Source: Octopus vulgaris (lineage: Eukaryota). Taken from it: a stretch of DNA of 64,000 bases. The notes below the pieces were generated by a model, which did no database searches, had not been told where the DNA came from, and was given only the letters and a program-made list of their open reading frames with translations. Shown here piece by piece: positions 54,526 through 64,000 of this stretch; positions within the stretch are counted from its first letter, which is position 1, and each line of letters opens with the position of its first letter. The position numbers and the translations under genes are program-made. The stretch covers positions 193,688,001 through 193,752,000 of the forward strand of contig OX597814.1 in NCBI GenBank assembly GCA_951406725.2, written 5' to 3'.

Positions 54526-54907
54526 GTACTTACTTGTACTTGTACTTGTGGCGACATTCACCCTGGGCGGGTTGAGTCGGCTTCTTCCTTGGAAGAAGTT
54601 TCGTCGGAATATGTGGATTTCACAAGCGGTCCCCAACAATCCCGCATGTAGGGACATCCTGTTTGCCGCAGATTGTCTGCAAACGCAGGGATAGAACGAC
54701 CGAGGAGCCGCCGGTTGCCGAAACAGACACTGCGAGGATTTTCACCAGAGCCCCGTCTGCCGGGTTGTGGCCCTAATACCACTCGGTGTTAGACCAATCC
54801 GCCTTGGGTGGCCCTTCCAGGAACCGAAGTTCCCGACGGTATAGCTCTGACACTACCCGTTGCCAGCGTCCCCACCACGGCGAGGAGGGGATAGACTTTG
54901 GGGACGC
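54526..54907 (-). mobile_element. short non-autonomous RTE-derived element
   Basis: Minus 5' end resembles RTE 5' UTRs (cc-tcgccgt-ggt-gggg...gagctataccgtcggga..agggccaccc); tail (caagta)n; no ORF. Confidence 0.65.
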
Positions 54908-54912
54908 ATAAA

Positions 54913-55142
54913 GGCGGCGAGCTGGCAGAAACTTTAGCACGCCGGGCGAAATGCTTAGCGGTATTTCGTCTGCCGTTACGTTCTGAGTTCAAATTCCGCC
55001 GAGGTCGACTTTGCCTTTCATCCTTTCGGGGTCGATAAATTAAGTACCAGGTACGTACTGGGGTCGATGTAATCGACTTAATACCTATGTATGTCCTTGT
55101 TTGTCCCCTCTATGTTTAGCCCCTTGTGGGTAATAAATAAAT
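54913..55142 (+). mobile_element. SINE family B with 16-bp TSD
   Basis: gactttggggacgcat at 54894-54909 and 55145-55160. Confidence 0.95.
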
Positions 55143-55841
55143 AGGACTTTGGGGACGCATTCCGTTTGTTTTTCTCTTTTATTCTTTTTTTCTTTTTTTT
55201 TCTTTTTTTCTTCATTTTTTTTTTACAAAGTGCCATTTATTATTTCAGACGGTAAATAACGAATCGAAGGAGTCTTAGTTGCAAATTCGCTAATTCTAAG
55301 TTTTAGCGACTACGCACGGAGACCTCTTCGTTGATTTCGTATTAAGGAAGTTGATACGACGAATACCGAAGCCCTGACTTGTTACACTACTTATGTTAAC
55401 GACTGCAACAACTGTTTAGACAAATCATTGAGAAAAGAACACGTGCCAGACATTACTGTAAATTATCATGCCGTTCATTCAATCCAATACATGTCATCAC
55501 GACTTCCTGCAGTGAGATGACTTCGCTGTCAGAAAACCTAATTTCTCGGGTTTCTCATTATATTCAAATATATATTTTATGCAGAAAATCAAAACATAGA
55601 TTATGTTTCAATTTCAATACTTGATAGAAGGAAAAAAAAAATATTAGATTTTCGTTTAGACTTAATTACTGCTTCCCGAAAAATATTAACTCGTTTTAAA
55701 ATGGTTCACAGCACACTTGTCGACTGACATTTCAAGAGATACGTTTGCAAATATACATACAAAATCCTGTAAGATTTCATATGAATTTTCTCACGACAAA
55801 TTTATATATGCGTGTGTGTGTGTGTGTGTTTGTGTGTGTGT

Positions 55842-55931
<90 letters not shown>

Positions 55932-56086
55932 TTGTAGTGTAATATATGGAATCATAGAATCATGTAGTATCATGGAAAGCCCCTCCAGCGGATCTGCCTA
56001 GCAGACTACATAATAATCCAACACAAATAAGTATAACGCAGAATTCTATACAGCTTATGTACCACTCATGATACATATATAAATTA

Positions 56087-56133
<47 letters not shown>

Positions 56134-56159
56134 ATATATTTATGTTTCTTTCTGTGTGT

Positions 56160-56218
56160 ATTCCACTGATGAGGCAAAGCATTCCTAAATGCAAAGCCAG
56201 AAATCCGGGATCTGGAAT
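56160..56218 (+). ncRNA. type-I hammerhead ribozyme with AAA-bulged stem II
   Basis: attcca-CTGATGA-ggc-aaa-gcatt(ccta)aatgc-aaa-gcc-a-GAAATCCGGGATC-tggaat; 6-bp stem I, AUC site. Confidence 0.8.
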
Positions 56219-56463
56219 TATCCAGTAATTTTTTACTAGTTTCATCTTGTCTCTTTGTCTTCTCTCCGTGTTGCTATATGGACTCTTAAGGTGGTTTTAG
56301 AGTCAGATCATGGCTGCTATTTTCAGCATGGTGGTATCTCGTAGATACCCTAATTTATAATTTTTATAATTATAACCTTTGAGGGTTATTTTTTTCCATG
56401 CTGACCACTTGATAAGATCGTTATTTTATTTTAAATTAACGATCTTATCCTAATTTAGATAAA

Positions 56464-56504
<41 letters not shown>

Positions 56505-56536
56505 TTTATTTAAAGCAGCAGAAAATTCAACAAGAC

Positions 56537-56574
56537 CTGTTACTCTGAGTTTCACGTCGCCGTTCGTCGGACAG
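56537..56574 (-). ncRNA. minimal hammerhead ribozyme, U4C variant
   Basis: ctgt-CCGACGA-acg(gcga)cgt-GAAACTCAGAGTA-acag. Confidence 0.7.
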
Positions 56575-56600
56575 TTTTTGCTAGAATCTATATATATATA

Positions 56601-56972
56601 GTGACGCATATTTGCCATTTCAATATGGCTACCCCTAAGGGTGGATGCTACTGTAGTTTTTAGCCCCAGGAGGACACACTCCTCCAGCTGGCCATAGACA
56701 CACTTTCTGTGCCCTGTCAGTATTTGCAAAGGGAAGTCATCCTTCCCGTCTTCAACTTATGATACATACGGACTCGAGTTTCGAGGTATTGGCCTCTCGT
56801 CAGCGTGTGACAATCATAGTTGTCGGCGAGAATTAGATTTCCTTCACAAATACTTATACTTTTTCCAGCGTCCACTGTCGCTGATATTGAAAAAGTGAAA
56901 TCAAACAATGATAAATATCAAAGTGAGTTATATACAGTAGCGGTAACACATCGTGACGCATATTTGCCATTT
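56601..56972 (-). mobile_element. retrozyme-like 352-bp monomer with 20-bp terminal redundancy
   Basis: gtgacgcatatttgccattt at 56601-56620 and 56953-56972; central HHR; (TA)n flanks. Confidence 0.7.
56765..56809 (-). ncRNA. canonical minimal hammerhead ribozyme
   Basis: cacacg-CTGACGA-gagg(ccaata)cctc-GAAACTCGAGTC-cgtatg; GUC site, palindromic stem III ACTCGAGT. Confidence 0.85.
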
Positions 56973-57454
56973 ATATATATATATATATATATATAATTTA
57001 ATGTAATTTAGATTCAGTTGAATTAGGTACTTAAATTGAGGCACCTTATTAGGACGATCTTATTTGCACACTCAGACAATATTAGGTGATTATCAAACTC
57101 TAGATAGAATTTTTTCCATCCGATATCCATGTAGTGTATGCAGGTGGCACGATACATCTTAGTGAAGAAATTCGCTGTTGTTTGTTCAGACATGTACTTT
57201 ATATAAAGATATCTTCCAAATACTTCCGAAGTGCAGCTTCCAGAGTGGGTGGATTTTTATATCGTCAAGCAATATATAATGGACTGTGGCATATAGCTGG
57301 TCAGAAGGTTACCGTCAGTTTGGCGCCTAATATTGCCACTAGACAATGTTGACTCTAGGTTACTTCAGTAGTCTGAAAAGTGTTGACCGAAATTCAGTGA
57401 AAAATATTTGAAAGAAGAAAGAAGAAAGGAAGATCACCCAGATATTGGTGTTGT

Positions 57455-57750
57455 TGTGTTTGTTTGTTCCTTCTCGAGCCATGCCTGGCTCATAAGTGCC
57501 GGCTTCCTGGTTTCTTTGGCGTATAGGTTCCCCACCCGGATGGGATGTCGGTCCGTCGCAGGTGAGCTGCTAGATGCAGGAGGAAAGAGTGAGAGAAAGT
57601 TGTGGCGAAAGAGTCAGCAGAAGTTCGGCATTACCTTCTGCCGGAGCCGCGTGGAGCTTAGGTGTTTCACACACATCGCCCGGTCTGAGACCCGAACCCG
57701 CGATCCTCGACCGCGAGTCCGCTGCTCTAACCACTAGGCCATGTGCCTCC
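57455..57750 (-). mobile_element. SINE family C
   Basis: Reverse complement of 39911-40213. Confidence 0.9.
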
Positions 57751-58074
57751 GAGATATTGGTGTTAGTCATAGTTAAAATGTATATAAAGTTATATATGTA
57801 CCCTTTTTAGATCAAAAACGGACTCGTCCAAATCGTCAGTCGGAATTTGTGCATATGAGGGCATATTTAAACCTTTCACTCATCGAATTTAGAAAGCGCT
57901 CAGAACCTGTAAATATTTTAGAACGAATTTCTTCTACGTTAGCTGTATATGGTGATTAAAGGAGGACACAACAGCGTATAAAATCAGCTGAAGGTCCTCA
58001 TCTTAAAAAAAGACGAATGGTTACGGCTGAAATGCTTTTCATCATAGATTTACATGATTAAGTCTGACACTGCA

Positions 58075-58360
58075 ACACTCGCTGTTTTACGACAATGCTA
58101 CTCTTCCTGTTCTCATTTACGACCATGCTACACTCTATTTTACGATCTAACTACATACACGCTCTATTTTGCGTGCCTGCTATTCTTTCACTCAATTTGA
58201 CATGCTTCACTCTCACTCTACTTTACGACACTGTCGCGCTAACTCTGTTTTACGACATTGCTATGCGTTCTAATACGACCTTGCTACACTCACTCTTTAT
58301 TTTACGAATCTGCTGTTCTTTCACTCTATTTTACGAGCCTGCTATATTCTCACTCCATTT
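58075..58360. repeat. degenerate minisatellite (core actctattttacga)
   Basis: Core recurs about 9 times at irregular ~22-35 bp spacing. Confidence 0.6.
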
Positions 58361-58591
58361 TAATTCTTATTTTATAGTTTCTGTTTTTAACTTAGCCAGA
58401 AACCTTACAAAAGTTTATCTGAAATTAGTTTTAAATGACCTGTTATCGCTTCGTAATCTATGCTGTTCGTTTAATTAAGATATTAAATGACTAATTAAGG
58501 CACTTATACAGATCTACGTGCTCTTACTTTCAGATAGTATCTCTTAATTAGAATGAATCCATTTGATTTAGAAACATTGGTGTATATATAT

Positions 58592-58820
58592 ATTTCTTTA
58601 TTGCCCACAGTGGGGCTGAACATAGAGGGGACAAACAAGGACAGACAAAGGGATTGAGTCGATTATATCGACCCCAGTAACTGGTACTTATTTAATCGAC
58701 CACGAAAGGATGAAGGGCAAAGTCGACCTCGGTGGAATTTGAACTCAGAACGTAACGGCAGACGAAATACCGCTAAGCATTTCGCCTGGCGTGCTAACGA
58801 TTCTGCCAGCTCGTCACCCT
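58592..58820 (-). mobile_element. SINE family B
   Basis: Consensus match; flanking gaaacattg/ggaacattg duplication. Confidence 0.9.
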
Positions 58821-59219
58821 GGAACATTGATATATATATATATAAGAGCCATAAATAACAAGTTTAACACCTGTTTAGAATTTGGTGGAGGCTTTCATCT
58901 TAGATCGTTGAACTCAAAACCTTCATTTTGATATTGTAGCTTCTGAACTATTTCAAGTATGTCAGTTATTTTACGTGAGGGCAGCTTTATCAAGGGGTAA
59001 CTCTATGCTTTCATGAGATCATGAGATATTTTTATCCCAACTCTACTTCCTACGGCAGAGAGACACATTGAACCAATGAAACGATATGCGGCTCATGTTC
59101 ATAAGATTGTGCGTTCAATTTATGAGCCGAGCAGCACACTGTGTCCTTGAGCAAGGTTCTTTATTTCACATTACGTCAGTCTATTCAGTTGTAAATGAAT
59201 ATCAACCGGCTGCTGCTGC

Positions 59220-59256
<37 letters not shown>

Positions 59257-59933
59257 CTTGTTTCACTTTTTCTTTCTCTCTCTTTCGCGCGCTCTCTCTA
59301 TTCTCCTTCTCACTCTCCTCCCCCCTCTCTCTAAGAGTAAGAGTGTATATATGCCTGGTCGAGACTTCATAGCAGCCTAGACAATTAGCGAAAGCGTGAT
59401 ACATATTACCGAGCCATACTCGCTCGCGAGTGACGGCTGGCTGTACTCTATTACTGATTTCATTCCGTCATGTTCTTTCGTATTCTACGATTATCTTGAC
59501 TTTCCTGTTATTGAATCTGCCCTAACGAAACAACAATGGAAAACACTAACATACAAGAAACAAGCGATGATCTGCGTCGGCCAAAAGAACAAAGAAAACC
59601 TAGCTTTTCTTGAAATGTCAAAACTCACGCTACTCGCAGAATTGATCAATTTATCATGTTTTCTGAATATTGGAACTGAAGAAAATAGAACTAATTTCAG
59701 GTGATCTGCATCAAGTACCCAGTTCAAAGTGAAAGATGATGCTCCCTGATTTATTTACCGTTTTTGATGACCTATAAGACGCGCTTTATTTTTACCCCAA
59801 AATGGCTTTAAAAACCCCTCTGCATTCAATGCACTCAATGTAAACTCAAAACTCGTGACTGTGCTGCCATTGATTGAATCGTCAAGTGATGGCAACGCTG
59901 AAGTTACTTGGCAACGCTGCAAACGTTCGCTAT

Positions 59934-60335
59934 AGGCGCAGGAGTGGCTTTGTGGTAAGTAGCTTGCTTACCAACCACATGGTTGTGGGTTCACTCCCAC
60001 TGCATGGCACCTTGGGCAAGTGTCTTCTACTGTAGCCTCGGGCCGACCAAAGCCTTATGAGTGGATTTGGTAGACGGAAACTGAAAGAAGCCCGTCGTAT
60101 TTATGTATATACATGTGTGTGTGCCCGTGTTTGTGTTTGTTCCTCCAACATCGCTTGACAACCGATGCTGGTGTGTTTACGTCCCCGTAACTTAGCGGTT
60201 CGGCGAAAGAGACTGATAGAATAAGTACTAGGCTTACAAAGAATAAGTCCTGGGGTCGATTTGCTCGACTAAAGGCGGTACTCCAGCATGGCCACAGTCA
60301 AATGTCTGAAACAAGTAAAAGAAAGAGTAAAAGAG
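59934..60335 (+). mobile_element. SINE family A, full length
   Basis: Complete head, core and (gagtaaaa)n tail. Confidence 0.93.
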
Positions 60336-60999
60336 TACACATACATACATATATGCATACATATATGTATACACACACATACACACTCACACACGCTGTA
60401 GTCCTACTTTCTAAGAGTAGTAGCTACATTTCCCTCAAATCTCACCGTCCGTCTTATTCTCTTTGAAAAGGGAAGATACAATTGACAACGTAATCCCGGG
60501 CATACGAAAAGAAAAGAAAAGAAATGGTCACCGCTGGAACGTCTCTCATAGATTTTGGTTGATCCACGCTGACCCTTGAGCTAATCAACAACAAGTTAAT
60601 AAAACAATTACTCCTACACATTCGTACCTACACACACAGCAACACAGCTACGGCAGCCACAATGTCTTCCCAACCTAGTTTTTACCCCACCACAACCGCC
60701 TTTCCCATACATTTTGATCCTATTTTCGTTGACACGGCAAACAATTTAATCTCTCGTTATTTTCAAACTTAAACGTGACTATATATAAAGGGTAAATGTA
60801 ATTTTCTTCCCACTGAATATCTCTACCAAAATGTCTCTACCGGTGCTGTCGGATGTTCTTAATCAACATCCTCACCATCATCATCGTCGCCGTCGTCATC
60901 TTCCTCATCATTATTACCGGCACCAACACCACCACACCATCATCATCATCATTATTATTGTCGCCATCATAATAATGATGATGATGATGATTTCATTTG

Positions 61000-61640
61000 T
61001 TTGCCACTAGGGCGAAGAATGAGGGTCACAATACAACGACAGACACAAAATTTTGGCACAAGGCCTGAAATTTGGGGGGAAGGAGCCAGTCAATTTCATC
61101 GACCTCAGTACTTAACTGGTACTTATTTTATCGACCTGAAAGGATAGAAGGCAAAGTCGACCTCAGACGAAATGCCGCTACGCATTTTGGCAAGCGTGCT
61201 ACCGATTCTGCCAGCTTGCCGCCTTCGTTGTAAAGTTATTAATATAATTAATAATAATAATAATAATCATTCCTACTGTAGACACAAGGCCTGAAGTTAC
61301 ATCGACCCCAGTGCGTAACTGGTAGTTACTTAATCAACCCCGAAAGGATGAAAGTCAAAGTCGACCTCGACGGAATTCGAACTCAGAACGTAGTTGCGTA
61401 GTTGCGGACGAAATACCTATTTCTTTACTACCCACAAGGGGCTAAACACAGAGAGGACAAACAAGGACAGACAATCGGATTAAGTCGATTATATCGACTC
61501 CAGTGTGTAACTGTTACTTATTTAATCGATGAAAGGCAAAGTCGACCTCGGCGGAATTTGAACTCAAAACGTAACGGCAGACGAAATACGGCTAAAAATT
61601 TCGCCCGGCGTGCTAACGATTCTGCCAGTGTGCTGCCTTA
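61000..61640 (-). mobile_element. cluster of SINE family B copies (one dimeric)
   Basis: Copies at ~61000-61225 and ~61300-61640; junction gacgaaatacc|tatttcttta at ~61418. Confidence 0.8.
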
Positions 61641-61689
61641 ATAATAAAAATAATAAAAATAATAATAATAATAAAAATAATAATAATAA

Positions 61690-62245
61690 ATGCCCTGATG
61701 CAGTACCAGGCAGTGGCTCTCATGGCTTCTGATCTTAACTGATTGGAAGTGTTATCATGTACATTGTTTTGTCTTGGTATAAAAGATGAGCTACAGCAAA
61801 TATTCTGCTCAATACCACAGATTTGCTTGTCAGTTGTTTAACCTTAACCAGTTGAGCATGTCCCTTAGTGGCTGACGATATGTACATCTCTGATCACGAG
61901 CAGAAGTAGTGGGGGAGCATCATAGCCATGTGTTGAGAGGGATTCATTGGGGTTTGAATAATTCACCTCTGGAAACATGGGTGGTTCGTTCAACATCCTT
62001 AAACAATCCTTATTCAGGGACCGTTTGAGCGGGATGGGCTACTCAACCTGAAGAAAATTTTAACTGGGCCCCACCTGCAAGGTCATGTGCTGTTTATCTT
62101 GATATGAGATCACCATGTCGCGCACATATGGTTGTGATGCATGTGCTTGGTGTACCCTTATCAGACGGGTAGTCATGATGGGTATATTGGGCTTCGTATA
62201 TTTTACCCCAGTGTCACTTTGATGGCATGCACTGCTCTCTCACTC
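61690..62245 (+). mobile_element. ~555-bp element embedded in (TAA)n, start repeated at 62421-62447
   Basis: Unique-complexity block flanked by (TAA)n; tgccctgatgca(g/t)t(a/g)ccagg(c/t)agtgg recurs after the tail. Confidence 0.55.
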
Positions 62246-62319
<74 letters not shown>

Positions 62320-62864
62320 CAACAACAACAACATCAACAACAACGACGACGACGATGACGATGACGACATCAACAACAACAACCACAACAATAATAATGA
62401 TAATAATAATAATAATAATAATGCCCTGATGCATTGCCAGGTAGTGGTATAATAATATTCCAGAATTATCGCTGGAATTCTTCTGCTAAAGTGTCAATGA
62501 AACTATAGCAGAATAATGCGATAAAACGTGTTGCTCCCTTCATTCTCCTTGTGAATATTTATAACAGATTAAGGCGGCCAGCAGGCAAAAACATTAGCAC
62601 ACCGGACGAAATGCTTAGGTGTATTTCGTCTGCCGATACTTCTGAGTTCCAATTCCGCCGAGGTCGACTTTACCATTCATCCTTTCGGGGTCGATAAATT
62701 AAGTATCAGTTGCCTAGAGTGGAAACGAATATTTTTGCACATATATAGGGATGGAAAGAAAGCCCTGCTGCATTTTTTACATAATCACTCTGAGGTAACT
62801 TCTTCAACACTTACAGTAAAGCCAACCAAAGCTCTTATGAGCAGATTTGGTAGAAGAAGCCCGT

Positions 62865-62927
<63 letters not shown>

Positions 62928-62959
62928 ATGTATGTATGTATGTATATGTATGTATATAT

Positions 62960-63692
62960 TCTTTTATTCTTTTACTTGTTTCAGTCATTTGACTGCGGCC
63001 ATGCTGGAGCACAGCCTTTAGTCGAGCAAATCGCCGCCAGGACTTATTTTTTTGTAAGCCTAGTACTAATTCTATCGCACACTTTTGCCGAACCGCTAAG
63101 TTACCAACACATCAACATCGATTGTCAAGCGATAGTGAGGGGGACAAACACAGCTACATAAGCATATACACACACATACACACACACACACACTCACACA
63201 CACACACACACACATACATATATATATATACAACGGGCTTCTTTCAGTTTCCCTCAACCAAATCCACTCACAAGGATTTGGTCGGCCCGAGGATATAGTC
63301 GAAGACACTTGCCCAAGGTGCCATGCAGTGGGACTGAACCCGGAACCATGTGGTTAGTAAGCACGCTACATACCACAGAGCCACTCCTGCGCCTATAAAA
63401 CATAAAGGCAGACGAAATACCGCTAAGCATTTCGCCCGACGCGCTACGTTTCTGCCATATATGTATATGTTTGTGTGTCTGTGTTTGTCCCCCACCACCA
63501 CCACCACCACCACCACCATCGCTTGACAACCGATGTTGGTATGTTTACGTCCCCGTAACTTAGCACTTCGGCAAAAGAGACCGATAGAGTAAGTGCTAGG
63601 CTTACAAAGAATAAGTCCTGGGGTCGATGTGTTCGACTAAAAGGCGGTGCTCCAGCATGGCCGCAGTTAAATGACTGAAATAAATAAAAGAA
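62960..63692. mobile_element. SINE A (-, 62960-63393), SINE B fragment, SINE A 3' half (+, 63460-63692)
   Basis: Consensus matches; the two A tails form an inverted pair. Confidence 0.85.
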
Positions 63693-64000
63693 TATACATA
63701 GCTAACAATCAAAGTTTGCAATAGAAACATTAACAAAACATGTCTGAGTCGAAGCATGTTTGAGTTTTCAATATTTGCCAAGCGCGAACTTTATAATTCT
63801 GGAAATGTCTATTTCCGGCAGATGCCTACGTCACAAATGTTTATGCCAAAAAGACTATTCAAATCTCCTCAAAGCCACAGTGCTCCTTTGTTCACCACTG
63901 AAGTTCGTTAACCTAAACAAAGAAATCAGTAAAGTGATTTCTACATATTACTCCAAGGCTCCAAGATGGCGTCAGTTATTTGTCGGGAGTTCGCAGAATT

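Noticed and set aside
54740-54785. Pistol-ribozyme-like gtggtattagggccac with a possible pseudoknot (minus)
   Set aside because: The conserved A-rich linker and P2/P3 cleavage-site elements are not present.
59758-59825. Tc2/pogo-like TIR start (ta|ccgtttttgatgacctataagacgc)
   Set aside because: Too short and no partner end, so not listed as a feature.

Overview
AT-rich, microsatellite-dense eukaryotic non-coding DNA. The tRNA-derived SINE families and repeat landscape look like an octopod cephalopod (Octopus sp.); this is an inference. No host protein-coding exon could be supported, and almost all track ORFs are microsatellite artefacts. Recognisable content: four tRNA-headed SINE families (labelled A-D here), a 5'-truncated CR1/L2-group LINE with an uninterrupted RT ORF (37.6-39.8 kb), an RTE 3' fragment, a decayed DD37D (maT) transposon, mariner, Tigger-like, hAT and Helitron non-autonomous elements, and several Penelope-like element (PLE) remnants (RT and GIY-YIG). 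The main hidden signal is about 13 minimal type-I hammerhead ribozyme (HHR) motifs from about 8 sequence families, several with non-canonical cores (compensatory U3-A8, fixed A6U, U4C, extra A after A9). They sit in short elements inserted into (TA)n tracts. These elements repeatedly form inverted duplications in which only one arm has an extra 3' tail, the largest being a 4.4-kb palindrome around a GIY-YIG C-terminus. One HHR element has a tRNA-like Pol III head, one carries a SINE in both arms, and one is a 352-bp terminally redundant retrozyme-like monomer. A short RTE-derived element with an HDV-like 5' fold and a SINE with a fixed 184-bp re-entry junction are also notable. All RNA folds were read by eye and no activity is demonstrated.
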